NCBI GenBank assembly: GCA_951406725.2
Contig: OX597836.1
Coordinates: 46,934,001 to 46,998,000, forward strand
Origin: Octopus vulgaris
Taxonomy: Eukaryota
Length of the DNA: 64,000 bases
Direction: 5' to 3'
Shown: piece by piece, positions 13,895 through 26,745 of the stretch
Numbering within the stretch: the stretch's first letter is position 1
Layout: every line of letters begins with the position of its first letter
Made by a program: the position numbers and the translations under genes
Notes under the pieces: generated by a model
The model's database searches: none
Seen by the model: only the letters and a program-made list of their open reading frames with translations
Told to the model about the DNA's origin: nothing

Positions 13895-14808
13895 CAGAAA
13901 AAAGTTGGTATAGGCACACACCAGAAAAGGTCACAGAAAACGAGAAAGCAACCATACTCATGGATATGCCAATACACACAGATAGAGAAATTAAGGCCAA
14001 CAGACCAGATATAGTTGTCAGAGATCATGAAGGAAAAAAATGCTTTCTAATTGATGTATCAATACCGACTGATGACAACGTGTCTCTAAAAGAAATGGAG
14101 AAATTCTCAAAATACAAAGACCTGGAAATAGAGGTAACCAGAACGTGGAATCTAAACACAGAAGCAATTCCTATCATAGTAGGTGCACTAGGCATGATAA
14201 AAAAATATTCAGACAAATACATAACAAAAACACCAGGACGTGGCTGTGTGGTAAGTAGCTTGCTAACCAACCACATGGTTCCGGGTTCAGTCCCACTGCG
14301 TGGCATCTTGGGCAAGTGTCTTCTGCTATAGCCCCGGGCCGACCAATGCCTTGTGAGTGGATTTGGTAGACGGAAACTTAAAGAAGCCTGTCGTATATAT
14401 GTATATATATATATGTGTGTGTTTGTGTGTCTGTGTTTGTCCCCCTAGCATTGCTTGACAACCGATGCTGGTGTGTTTACGTCCCCGTCACTTAGCGGTT
14501 CGGCAAAAAAGAGACCGATAGAATAAGTACTGGACTTACAAAGAATAAGTCCCGGGGTCGAGTTGCTCGATTAAAGGCGGTGCTCCAGCATGGCCGCAGT
14601 CAAATGACTGAAACAAGTAAAAGAGAAAAAGAAAAAGACATATAACATACAGAAAATTGCACTATTGGGCACTGCACACATCCTACGCAGAACACTTTCC
14701 ATACAATAACCATCAGAGCATCACAACAAATCACAGCACATACCCAAGGCACACAGAGCTGCGCTCGGTAGTGAAGTGAAAGAACGCTAAAAAAATAAAA
14801 CTACTGAA
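13890..14808 (+). mobile_element. 5'-truncated Dong/R4-type LINE (RLE domain and 3' UTR) in a (TAA)n array, interrupted by SINE A
   Basis: RPDIVVRD...FLIDVSIP...KFSKYKDL; near-identical to 35800-36328; flanked by AAT repeats. Confidence 0.9.
14240..14637 (+). mobile_element. SINE family A nested in the LINE
   Basis: Full body from GTGGCTGTGTGG to GAAACAAGTAAAAGAG tail. Confidence 0.92.
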
Positions 14809-15080
14809 TAATTATAATAATAATAATAATAATGAGTGGGCGTAAACACATGAATAAAATAAGAATAAACAAAAACAAAAACAAATTACAAGAGCGTATA
14901 TGAACAAGAGATAGAAATATTACAGGCATTCCACTCACCCCCTCCACACACATACACAATAACTAAACATAGACGCACATAGAGATATACGCATGCACAA
15001 ATGAAGACACATACAATAAAAATACAAAATGGCTGGCGGTTAGTAAGGAGAGACACACAAATAAGAAAGAAGAAAACAAA

Positions 15081-15125
15081 GGACCACTGATGCGGTCACA
15101 GGAACGTGACGAAAGAGCTCTGGCC
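15081..15125 (+). ncRNA. Hammerhead-like motif (variant core CTGATGC)
   Basis: GGACCA-CTGATGC-G-GTCAC-AGGAAC-GTGAC-GAAA-GAGC-TC-TGGCC. Confidence 0.45.
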
Positions 15126-15237
15126 GAAATAAGATTAAGATTAATGTAAAAAATAAATAACACTGAAGTAAAATAACACCGAATATATAGTGCGTGTGTT
15201 TTTATTGGCTAAACTGGCAAAATGACCATTCCTAAAT

Positions 15238-15270
<33 letters not shown>

Positions 15271-15272
<2 letters not shown>

Positions 15273-15603
15273 CTCTTTTACTTACTTGTTTCAGACATTT
15301 GACTGCGGCCATGCTGGAGCACCGCCTTTAGTCGAGCAAATCGACCCTGGGACTTATTCTTTGTAAGCCCAGTACTTATTCTATCGGTTGTCAAGCAATG
15401 CTAGGGGGAGACACAAACACACATACTTATATATATACATATATACGACAGGCTTCTTTCCGTTTCCGTCTACCAAATCCACTCACAAGGCATTGGTCGG
15501 CCCGGGGCTATAGCAGAAGACACTTGCCCAAGATGTCACGCAGTGGGACTGAACCCGGAACCATGTTGGTTAGCAAGCTACTTACCACACAGCCACTCCT
15601 GCG

Positions 15604-15606
<3 letters not shown>
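15271..15606 (-). mobile_element. SINE family A with an internal 51-bp deletion
   Basis: Alignment by eye to 52859-53258. Confidence 0.9.
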
Positions 15607-15661
<55 letters not shown>

Positions 15662-16092
15662 TATAAACAAGGGCAAAAGAAAAAATTATTTCCATGCCAA
15701 CATGCTGATAACAGACTTTTAAATCAATTTCCACATATCATTATACACTCACCATAAATACACGTCGTGCTGAAATCGGGGAAGCTAGTCTATAGAATTT
15801 TTTTTTCAAAGTTCGTTGTTTCTATATTGAATCAATTTTGAAATTAATCCCATGGATTTTTTCCTCTTCAGTAGAAAATACGATAAGAAATAAATGAAAT
15901 ACTTACACACACCCATGGAAAAAAGCAGAAGCAAGAGTCATGAGTACACATAAGTACCCCAGATGTATCTAAATATAAAATCCTTTAAGTAGCCTCAGCA
16001 CACGTGTGAACTATTCCAAACCACAGCTTATAGTGGTTATCAGTCCCTAAGTGAATGGTAATAAATCTACTATTAACATAGGATGAAATTTT

Positions 16093-16167
16093 AGACAGAC
16101 AGACAGACACACAGACAGACAGACAGACACACAGACAGACACACAGACAGACAGACAGATAGTTAGT

Positions 16168-16262
<95 letters not shown>

Positions 16263-16561
16263 GCAGATAGATAGGCAGATAGATAGGCAGATAGATAGGC
16301 AGATAGATAGGCAGATAGATAGGCAGATAGATAGGCAGATAGATAGGCAGATAGATAGGCAGATAGATAGGCAGATAGATAGGCAGATAGATAGGCAGAT
16401 AGATAGGCAGATAGATAGGCAGATAGATAGGCAGATAGATAGGCAGATAGATAGGCAGATAGATAGGCAGATAGATAGGCAGATAGATAGGCAGATAGAT
16501 AGGCAGATAGGCAGATAGACAGATAAACAGACAGACAGACAGACAGACAGATAGATAGATA
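16093..16561. repeat. (AGAC)/(AGAT)n microsatellite with a 12-mer AGATAGGCAGAT higher-order block
   Basis: Direct reading. Confidence 0.95.
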
Positions 16562-17194
16562 TACTCATATACGTGGTGGCTATTTGTAAAATGGTTTATC
16601 TATGGATGAGTTGATGTTTAAATTATGTATTCTTGCGTGTGCAATGTTTCGCAATAAATATAAACTGGCATTGTATTGTAAGAAATCTTTATATAGAATA
16701 TATTCATTTGTAAAGAATAGACTGAAATGTAAAGTTTTAAGCATGACGTATGCTTAACAATTAATTAATAGATGCGTTGGATGAATGCATGGATGGATGA
16801 GCGTTTGAAAGAAACACTACTTTCAACGAATTCCTAGTTACAGGAAAAACCACTTAGATCCAGCAGACGAGATTTTCGAAAGAAGAAATGAATGCGATTA
16901 AGGATTTTTTAAAATGTTACAGATTAGATAAATTATGTAAACAAAGGAGATGTTGGGCGAAGAGAAACATCGGTTGAAGTAGTTCCGTTGGCCTGAGGGA
17001 AGATAAGAGAGAAGAAATAGACGAAGGGAAGCATTCAAAATTCATTGATCACGTGTCAGTGTAGAACGTGATTCACTGTGGGTTTCTTCGTCTTGCATCC
17101 ACAGATATCATATACGCGCGAAGAGCTTCTCGATTAAATTAGTTTAGAGATCTGTCATCGTAGATCTTGCTTAATTCTAGATGAGTCCTGAGCA

Positions 17195-17505
17195 GCAGAA
17201 CTACAAGGAATTCTTAAGCAGATCAGGCCGAAAATGTCGCTAGAAGCTAGGATCACCAAGCATAGATTGGCATATTTCGGTCATGTTATGCGGAGAAAAT
17301 CCCTGGAGAAGGACATCATGCTCAGAATGGTCAGTGGCAAGAGAGGAAGAAGCCGACCAAGAACCCGCTGGCTTGACACCATCAAGAGTGATACCGGAAT
17401 GGACATAACCAATCTGAAAGAAGCGGCCCAGGATAGAACTGACTGGAGGACACTGATCCAACGAGAAACCGAGAGTCGACTTCGACTGAGCGGATAGAGA
17501 GATAG
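17195..17505 (+). mobile_element. RTE-clade LINE 3' fragment
   Basis: RLAYFGHVMRR.SLEKDIML..VSGKRGRSRPRTRWLD...AQDRTDWR. Confidence 0.88.
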
Positions 17506-18021
17506 ATTCAGTGAGAGTCAGTGGAAGAAAAGCATAGCCGTGACTCCCTCATCTGTTTTTCGGATTTTACCAAATTGTTCTGATAACAGGGTATAATTTG
17601 ATGACTATCATTTCTGGCAGATCAAGTACACTGCATAGAGATTCTGTTAATGACATCCCTTTAAAGATTATTTGGCTGAAAACATCAACTCATTATAAAA
17701 AGTTCAAAATAGGGAATAAAGCAGTGAAAACACTGCAAAATGATGGAAGAGTCCAGATAAGATAATTATATTAATGTAGAGACTTTAGGACAAGAACTGA
17801 CGTCCTTGCACAAATAGTGGAGGGATCATATTAGGACAAATTCTGGCTGTAGACATTTTAAGACAACTGTCTCAATGTAGACACGATAGGGCGGCTATTA
17901 ACTGGATATATGTTAGGACAATTGTCACAATATACAATGAAAATGCAATCCCCTTCAGTATCCTCAATTGGTAACCAAAAACAAAAAAAAAAGAAACACG
18001 AGGAATCCATATGAAGTAAAA

Positions 18022-18255
18022 CAGTGGTTCCCAGACTTCACTTCTAGCCACTCTCTCACCATGACCACCACCACAAACATACACCACTTTCTGCAGCAAA
18101 TTCATAACAACTGTAATTCACAAATAAAAATTAACCTAATTAACCCATAATTTTGTTGTTTTTACATCCACCACACCCTTTTGGCTACACCATTATACCC
18201 CCACTTTTTTTCAAGGTGCCCTGGATCTTTCCACCGCCCCCTTTGAGAACCACTG
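18022..18255. mobile_element. hAT-like MITE
   Basis: CAGTGGTTC...GAGAACCACTG termini; TSD degenerate. Confidence 0.65.
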
Positions 18256-19149
18256 AAGCGAAGGATAATCTAAATATCATAAGATATTCTATTGCGATAA
18301 CTTTTTAATGCAGAAATACAAATTGACGATATAAATATTCCCTGTACCACGAAAGGAAAGATCCTAAATATTAACGATAAAAACATTCGTCGTATAACAA
18401 AAAGAAAGGTGCTAAACTTAAATCTGATAAGCTGTGTACCGTTGCCATCTTTTGGTACCATTCTAGCGGAGAAATAGTGTAAGAAATAACAGCGTGAATT
18501 CGTTTGCAAATGTTTTTTTTCTTCCTTTTTTCGAGTTGTTTCATTTTCGTCTTTTTCTTGTTCGTATTGTTTTTATATAATATTGGACATGTTTTAGCGT
18601 TCACTTCCGGATAGCATTGATATTCCTGTTGACTTCACTAAATCCATCTGCAATTGCGTCTACGTTGACCTTATAACCCCAAAGTATTCAAAGGTACGGA
18701 TGAAATCGTCATAATCTCAACAACAACAACAAAAACAAAAGAACAGCAAGAGAGAAAAAATTAAAAAAAGAAGACTTAGGCTTACAAAACAAATAAGTGC
18801 CAGCGGCGATGTATATATCGAGGAATTCGTAGAACTTTTTGAGGTTCAGTGGGAGAAAAATAAATGAATAAAAAGATAGATAAAAAAAAAATAGATAGAA
18901 ACAATTCCGAGCAAAAAAATAATAAATGTCACCTACCAAAAGCGAAAGTAAGGAATAAAGAAAGAAGGGACGAAAGGAACAAAGAAGGAAAGGAAGAAAG
19001 GAAGAAAAGAAGAAAGCTGACACTTTCTGTTTAAAACTATTTCGAAGATGGAATAGAAAGACTATAAAGCGATGACTGCCATATTTACTTGATGGATTTG
19101 ATGGGCTGAATCAACGAAGGGAAAATCCAGTTAGAGGCAAGCTTATCAG

Positions 19150-19212
19150 TTTATAAGTGTATATACATACATACATACATACATACAGACACACATATGT
19201 ATGTATGTGTGT

Positions 19213-19267
<55 letters not shown>

Positions 19268-19292
19268 CACATACATACAAACATACATACAT

Positions 19293-19346
<54 letters not shown>

Positions 19347-19660
19347 GTATGCATATGTGTGTGTGTGTGTGTGTAATATGTATATAGATATATCTTTGTA
19401 AATATATCTATAAATATATACATACACACATATATATATATTCACTATAACCCACTGTATACAGACACATACATATAAGTATGTATAGTGTATGTATGCG
19501 TACATATGTACTGTATGCATACACATTGTATACACACACACATATATATATATATAATATATATATATATATAATATATGTATATATATATGCATTTATA
19601 TATATATATGTACTTGCATGTGCGTGGTGCGAGCGCGTGTGCATGTATATACGCATACGA
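19150..19660. repeat. TA/CA/TACA compound microsatellite
   Basis: Direct reading. Confidence 0.9.
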
Positions 19661-19980
19661 GAAGAAAGTGACAACCAAAGCAGCAGGTTATATAATTTAT
19701 TACGACCATTCGCTGCTTATTGAATTCTACAGCAACATGTGAGCAATGCCACACTCCTCCACCTTCCCCATATCTCCCCCCTCTCTCTCTCCCTCTCTTT
19801 CTCTTTCCCTTCCTCTATCCCCTCTCCTCACTCCGCTGCTCCCCTCCTGTTCTCCTCTATCGCTTTCACTCGCTTTTTGCCTCTGTTTCTTTCGCCGTCT
19901 CCCTTCTCGTTTTTCCCATTCAACACAGAAAAGCACAAATAAAACACAGACATTCATTGCACACATAACACATTATCCGC

Positions 19981-20016
<36 letters not shown>

Positions 20017-20152
20017 ACACTCGCACGCACGCACATACACACACACACACATACATTTACACTTTCTTTCCTAAGTTTCTGCAGTTGCTAAGATCCATTC
20101 CATTCCATGCCATAAAGTGGGACAAATTCCAATAACCGAGCTTCTCTTTAAG

Positions 20153-20536
20153 TCATGGCCCTCCGTCGGTTTCGACGACGAGGGTTCCAGTTGATCCGAC
20201 CAACGGAACAGCGTGCACATGAAATTAACGTGCAAGTGGCTGAGCACTCCACAGACACGTGTACCCTTAACGTTGTTCTCGGGGAGATTCATCATGACAC
20301 AGAGTGTGACAAGGCTGGCCCCTTTGAAGTACAAGTACAACAGAAACAGGAAGAAAGAGTGAGAGAAAGCTATGGTGAAAGAGTACAGCAGGGTCGCCCC
20401 CCCCCCCTGCCGGAGCCTCGTGGAGCTTTAGATGTTTTCGCTCAATAAACAATCACAACGCCCAGTCTGGGAATCGAAACCGCGATCTTATGACCGCGAG
20501 TCCGCTGCCCTAACCATTGGGCTATTGCGCCTCCAC
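20153..20536 (-). mobile_element. SINE family B, tail type 2, with 12-bp TSD
   Basis: CTTCTCTTTAAG at 20141-20152 and 20536-20547; tRNA-like head on the minus strand. Confidence 0.9.
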
Positions 20537-20624
20537 TTCTCTTTAAGAACAAGGCAAGAGACAAGTTTTTGAATCATTTATATTAAACCGACTCCCTTCT
20601 CCATCACCACTGCCTCTTCGTCGT

Positions 20625-21010
20625 CTTCCTCCTCCTCCTCCTCATTTTCTTGTTCCTCCTCCTCCACCTCTGCCACCCCTGTTTCTCTCCCCCTCTTCGC
20701 CCACCCTGTTTCCCTCCTACTCCTACTCCTGCTTCCTCGTGCTGCTGCTGCTACTACTACTACTACTACTACTTACTACTACTACTTACTACTTACTACT
20801 ACTACTACCACCACCACCACTACTACTACCTGTAGTAATATTGCTTTCAAATTTTGACACAAGGCCAGACCACTTGTAGTAGTATTCGTAACCTTTTGCT
20901 TCTGTTTCTATCGACGAACACTGACTCAGTTGAGGGGATTAATTTGGTTTAACTATGGATTAAGCATAGTGTCGGCGTCGAGAAACGAACCAAATCCGAT
21001 ACTCTACCAA
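20625..21010 (+). repeat. ~340 bp dispersed direct repeat, copy 2
   Basis: Matches 11085-11430. Confidence 0.85.
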
Positions 21011-21494
21011 CGTGGCCAACTGTAAACCCCGAAACGAGAAGCGATAAGGGAACGTAAAAAATTGCAATAGTTTGTGATCACGTGACTTAGAGTCCATGTC
21101 CTTGCTTCGTCAAAATCGTTGACACATGGCAGCATTCTCACGGCCACATTGATCATGCCACCTGGTGTGGACAGTAGACCTGCCAGAAACAGTAGCCAAA
21201 TGCTTAAAAATTGTATCTAATGATGCTTTGAAAAGGGAAAGGATAGATACATCCAAGTAAAAGATAAAGACAAAATGATAAACGGTTTGGGCCCTTATTG
21301 TTCGACCAATAAGGGTCAAGCTGTAGTAGCAACAACAAAAACAACACTAATGATGATAATAACAACGACATCAGTAAAAGGAGATAAAAAGGAAGTGTGA
21401 CTAATTTGATTAAGATTCCTTTTAGAATGGAGTCACAAAACAATGGTAAGGAGTCATTGCTAAGTAATAAACAAGTTCCAGATTACATTCGAAT

Positions 21495-22480
21495 GTTTGG
21501 TTGGCCAAACCGTCCGTTCGGTTTTTAAGCGAAGAAAGAAAAAGATGCAAGTTTTAAACACAAAGCAATTTATTCAATCAGTGAACTTATTACAATTTTA
21601 CTCCAGTATCTTCTGTCACCTTCTGGACAGATATTACACATTAACATATAACCCTTAATTCCCTACTCAACAGATAACCCTCTATTCCCTACTCAACATA
21701 TAAACCTTTATTCCCTACTCAAAGCTTTTACTGGCGAAAAATTCTTCCAGGTGAATATTTCATCATCTGTAGAGTTGAAGGTCTTTCTATTTAACTAATT
21801 TTGAAAAGACCGAAACAGGTGGGAATCTGGAGACACAAGATCGGGTGAATAAGGAGGGCGCGGCAAAACTTCCCAGCCAAGCGGCAGTAGTTTCTGCCAT
21901 GTCTTCAAATAAGTATGCGGTCTGGAATTGTCGAGATGAAAGACAATGCCCTTACGATTAGCAATTACTAGATGCTTCTGGTAGATCACTGCGTTTAATT
22001 TGTCCAGCTGATCACAGTACACATCCAAATTAAGGCACTTATCTGTGGGAAGAAGCTTGTAAAAGACAAAACCCTTCTAATCTTACCAACTTGAAAGCAT
22101 GACCTTCTTCAGGTGAAATCCTGCTTTAGAGGTTGTTTGTGGTGGTCCACCGCACTTCTATGATCTTTTGCACTTCAAATTGTTATAGATGATCCACTTT
22201 TCGTCACCATTCTCTTTTAAAAAAAGAAAAGGATCGCTTTCTTCACGCTTCCGCCACCAACCGGAAACGGAAATCCGTTGAGAGAAGTTAGCTTCATTCA
22301 ATTGATGTGGGATCCAAACATTGAGTCTGCTGACGTAACTAAGTTGATGCATTTGGCTTTTGGATATTTGGAGAATATCTGCGATCATCCTGGTCGTATA
22401 ATGGGGGTTGATGTCAACTAACTCCTTCATTTTTGCTGATAATCTCTGTTGGCCAGCCAGAGCGAGTTGCATCTTGAACT
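21495..22480 (-). mobile_element. Degenerate mariner (DD34D-type) transposon
   Basis: WIPHQL, GDEKWIIYNN, DNSRPH and PPYSPDL..PDSHLFRS motifs in broken frames. Confidence 0.88.
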
Positions 22481-22959
22481 AAAAATATTTCCTGATCGAA
22501 ATCTTATATATATAAACTACAAATTGTCGGGAAAAGCATTTCACTTGACGGGTAACTCTATGGGCAAATGTATCTATGCGTAAAAATTCCTCTTAGTGGA
22601 CAATGCTTGCACTAATGAGAATTATTTGAGGGCATAAATTTACATGGCCTTGAGCTTAAGGTGAAGGGCTAGCAATTAAAATACCATATGTTTGATTTCT
22701 GTACCAGAGAGAGTGTTGTGCCCCTGAGCAAGGCATTTTATTTTGCATTACCCCAGTTTACTCCCCTTTAATGAGCGCCGATCGAGTGTTGGCACAACCC
22801 TCTCTTTCTCCTGCCGTCACGTCTCGGGTGTTCCGTGAAATCGATAGTGGGAGGACCGAGAGAGAGAGTGTCTAATTAGCGAAAGCATGGTACATGTTAC
22901 CAAGATTGCTATATAAGATAAAAGCATAAAGCATCCTTTTCGAGTTCTATGAATCCAAA

Positions 22960-23174
22960 AGGGCCGCTTTCCCAGTTTCAGCGCGTGCATATATTTATCC
23001 CTTGTTCGGGACACCGGTCCGTCGCAGGATTATTTAATCTTTGCTCGCTGAGTGAACTAGAGCAACGTGAAATGAAGTGTTTTGTTTGAGAACACAATGC
23101 GTCGACCAGTCCAGGAACTGAAACCAGAATCTCACGATCATGAGTCCAAACCCCTAACCATTAGGCCACACGCC
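22960..23174 (-). mobile_element. SINE family C (alternative tail)
   Basis: GGCGTGTGGCCTAATGGTTAGGG head; TTTCACGTTGCTC..GT.CACTCAGC core; tail similar to 48229-48325. Confidence 0.7.
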
Positions 23175-23992
23175 CCCCCACACAAGATGCTTATATACAG
23201 GTGAGTAAATTAGTGCAGACTGAAAATTGGAACCCTCCAGTAACTACGAGCTAACGAAATACTCCTTAGACATAGATTATCATAAAACACGTCACAATAC
23301 TGTGTTACATATCTACCTCACAGTACTCTCCAGCAATAGAGTATCAGGATGTCCATGGCTAAATAATATACTCTGCACTATGTTATATCTATATGTTATA
23401 CACGTTTACATCACCATGAAGCTCATTTCTAAATAACATAATTTATATTATGTTATCTATGTGATATACACTAATCACCTGTCATAGGATATTGTGAAAT
23501 TCATGTTTAAAGAACATACGTTGTGCTGCTCTACTGTCTATCCACGATGTCCGTCAGTTTATTTTGTTTTCACTACAGGCAGTGTTTACGCTAACTAGCC
23601 AAAGCTCTCTGTGGAATATATGTTGAAAGAGAAATGTATTAGTCATGTGTACATTGACTTCTCTCCAACCACCGATTTTCTTTCATGTTTCTCTCGTTAC
23701 ATATCAATTTGGCAATGTTCCGTCCACAGAATGCCACAGTCTCTTGTTTACAGAATTGACAAATACTTGGTGTCAAAAGAAGTTGTCTGAAAGAAAATTC
23801 GCTGATATATTTTAAAACGAGAAAATTCATAGACGCTCCTCTTCTCTTACCTTGGTCTACAATCCCAACTATAATGTACACTTACTAGTTTCCGAATTCA
23901 CGTCGATAAATTTCACGATCCTTTAACCATTTACTTTTTTCGTTAAAATTTATCCCCACTTAAAAGTGGATGCTCTATTAGAACAAACTATA

Positions 23993-24369
23993 CAGCGGTG
24001 ATTACAATGACAAGAACTCTCGTATTGACCTTTTGGTGCAAAATGCACCCTTGTTTATATCTCCAGTAGGAAGATATCTCCCCGAGAGATATCTTCCTAT
24101 AAGCGCCGAGAGCACCAGATCAGTGATTTCGACCTTGTCTGGCCTTGTTAATGATAGACACTTCACAGCAGCAATTCATCTCCCCGCCAGCGATATATAG
24201 ATTAACAGTACCAGAACAGGCGCTGATGGTGCAATTAGGCAGCGAATTTTCTAATATATATATATCAGTGATAGAGGCAGTGTTAATACTGAGAGGTAGC
24301 GATATAAACAAGACTGCATTTTGCACCAAAAAGCCAATATAAGAGTTTCTCTCGCGGTTTCTACCGCAG
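23993..24369. mobile_element. pogo/Tigger-like MITE with ~70-bp imperfect TIRs and TA flanks
   Basis: TTTTGGTGCAAAATGCA..CTTGTTTATATC mirrored at 24301-24332; TA|CAGCGGT...ACCGCAG|TA. Confidence 0.65.
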
Positions 24370-24434
24370 TATTGTTGTTGGCATCCTTTTGTCTCGGGAG
24401 GCAATGGAGTTGCGCATAAACTAATCCAGTCTGG

Positions 24435-24720
24435 TTTTTACATTTCATGTCCTCTCCAGTTTCCTCCCCAGTTTTGCGCAGGCCTGGGCTAGATGTAAGA
24501 AAATCCTGGGTAGCCCAGTCGTCAGGATTCCTCTCTCAACCTTGCTGACGTAGCCCAAACGAGTGCAGAGCATTACGTTTGGCACCAGCTTGGTTGCAGG
24601 AGCTGCCAGAAGAGTGTCGAGTCGAACACTAAACCGCCTACGGGGCTCCACTCCGGATTTCTTTAAAGGTTGTCTCCTTTCCGTAACCCTGGATAGGGGC
24701 CCATACCGGGGACATTCAGC
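24435..24720 (-). mobile_element. Possible RTE LINE 5' UTR fragment
   Basis: GTTTGGCACCAG...GCAGGAGCTGCC...GCTCCACTCCGGATT resembles RTE 5' ends (from memory only). Confidence 0.4.
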
Positions 24721-25069
24721 TGGAGGCAGTTGAGCCCGCGACTCGTGTCAGGCAGGGTCATCACTCCCTTAAGTAGTGAAGAAAATTGCTACCCACTACC
24801 TACTACCTACTTCCTACCTACATCCACTTTTAAGTGGGGGTACATATTACCTCAAGGTATTAATACTACTTTTGTTGCTAATCTATACATCTTTAGAATA
24901 TACGTCAGGTGAAATGTTTAGCCACAAACAACTCAATAATAATAAAAATGGTGAGGGGAATGGAAGCCAAAAGTAAGCTTCACCATTCTCATATCGTAAA
25001 TACAATTGATATAGTTATAAATCCAAAAATACCAATTCTACCTTTGGCATGTGTATATGTCATCTATCT

Positions 25070-25384
25070 TTCGCTTGCTTCAGTCACTAGTCTGTGGCCA
25101 TGCTGGGGCACGGCCTTGAAGAATTTTAAGTCGAATGAATCGACTACAGTACTTTATTTTTAAGGTTGATACTTTTTCTATCGGTCTTTTTTCCCGAACC
25201 GCTAAGTTACATGGAACATAGACACACCAACACTGGTTGTCAAGCGTTGGTCGGAGACAAACACACACACACACACATATGTATACATACGAAGGGCTTC
25301 TTTCAATTTCTGCCTACCAAATCCCCTCACAAAGGTTTGGTCGGTTCGAGCTTATAGTAGAGGACACTTGCCTAAGGTGCCACT
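25070..25384 (-). mobile_element. Diverged SINE family A
   Basis: CCGAACCGCTAAGTTAC...GGTTGTCAAGC...GACACTTGCC. Confidence 0.8.
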
Positions 25385-25420
25385 ATATATATATGCACCT
25401 GTGTGTGTGCGTGCGTGTAT

Positions 25421-25463
<43 letters not shown>

Positions 25464-25467
<4 letters not shown>

Positions 25468-25668
25468 ATCCAAACATGAAAACACACAGAGAAAACACAA
25501 CAACACGAGGACGTGGAACAAGTATAGTGTTATTGGACGCTCAGGAAAGCAGGAGGGTTTAACGTTTCGAGCTGTGCTCTTCGTCAGAAACATAGGAAAA
25601 GGAAAGATCCAGAGAAGGGAAGACGGAGGAAAAAATCGCCAACGGTACACACGCGGTCACATTTTGAA
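25464..25668 (-). mobile_element. ~205 bp TA-embedded element with an intact minimal hammerhead
   Basis: 25557-25591 minus: GTTT-CTGACGA-A-GAGC-ACA-GCTC-GAAA-CG-TT-AAAC; homologous to 50327-50534. Confidence 0.85.
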
Positions 25669-25678
25669 TATATATATA

Positions 25679-25870
25679 GTTGGAATATACAAAAAAAAAG
25701 ACGAAGCCGGGTGTGTAAACAACAAACAGATGTATTAATATAACGCTCGGTAAGTGAGAAAGTCTTTTATGTTTCGAGCCAACGCTCTTCAACAGAAAGC
25801 AACACAGAAATAAGCCGAGAGAGAGAGAAAATAGAAAAAGGTTTAGTGGCAAGCAATCAATCATGGCAAA
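25679..25870 (-). mobile_element. Second TA-embedded hammerhead element in tandem (CTGTTGA variant, degenerate stem III)
   Basis: 25764-25799 minus: CTTT-CTGTTGA-A-GAGC-GTTG-GCTC-GAAA-CA-TA-AAAG. Confidence 0.7.
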
Positions 25871-25882
25871 TATATATATATA

Positions 25883-25915
<33 letters not shown>

Positions 25916-26604
25916 CTGTCTGTCTGTCTGTCTGTCTGTCTGTCTTTCTGTCAGTCTGTGTCTGTGTGCATGTGTGTGGGAGTAAAATCTCTTGAATTTT
26001 GTATTGAAAGTTTATGTGTATGCATGATGAAATCTTAATAACTATATTTCATTCTAATTAGGAAAACGTTCTAAGAGTCAATGATTTTAATGAGACAGGT
26101 CGATCACAAAACTAGAAATATATGATATTTTCGTTATGCCTTCCTTCAAGTAGGCGATATTGTCAAAACCAGAACCGCAATAGTGTAAAGGTGACACTAA
26201 TTATAGGTAAACTAATTCACAGCGAAGCAGAACGAGACACGAGAGAATAGAGATCAAATGGAGGAATATGTTACTGATATAAGATTTATAAGTCGTTGAA
26301 TGAGAGAGCGGGAGAAGGGGAGGGGCAGAGAGAGGTTGGGTGAGAGAGAAGAGAGATAGAGAGATAGTTAGAGATACAGAGAGAGAGAGAGAGAGAGTGA
26401 AGATAGACAGACAGATAAATAGAGAGAGAGAGAGAGAGTGAAGATAGGCAGACAGACAGACGGATAGCTAGATAGATAGATACATAGATAGAGAGAGAGA
26501 GAGAGAGAAAGAGAGCAGATGGACTTACAGACAGACAGACAGACAGACAGACAGAAAGACAGAAAGACAGATAGACAGATAGATAGATAGATAGATTAAT
26601 AGAT

Positions 26605-26745
26605 AGGTCGACTTTGCCTTTCATCCTTTCGGGGTCGATAAATTAAGTACCAGTTGCGTACTGGCGTCGATATAATCGACTTAATCCGTTTGTCTGTCCT
26701 TGTTTGTCCCCTCTGTGTTTAGCCCCCTTGTGGGTAATAAAGAAA
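26605..26745 (+). mobile_element. 5'-truncated SINE family E
   Basis: GGTCGACTTTGCCTTTCATCCTTTCGGGGTCGATAAATTAAGTACCAG. Confidence 0.85.

Noticed and set aside
16167-16568. (LSIC)n ORF
   Set aside because: 12-mer microsatellite
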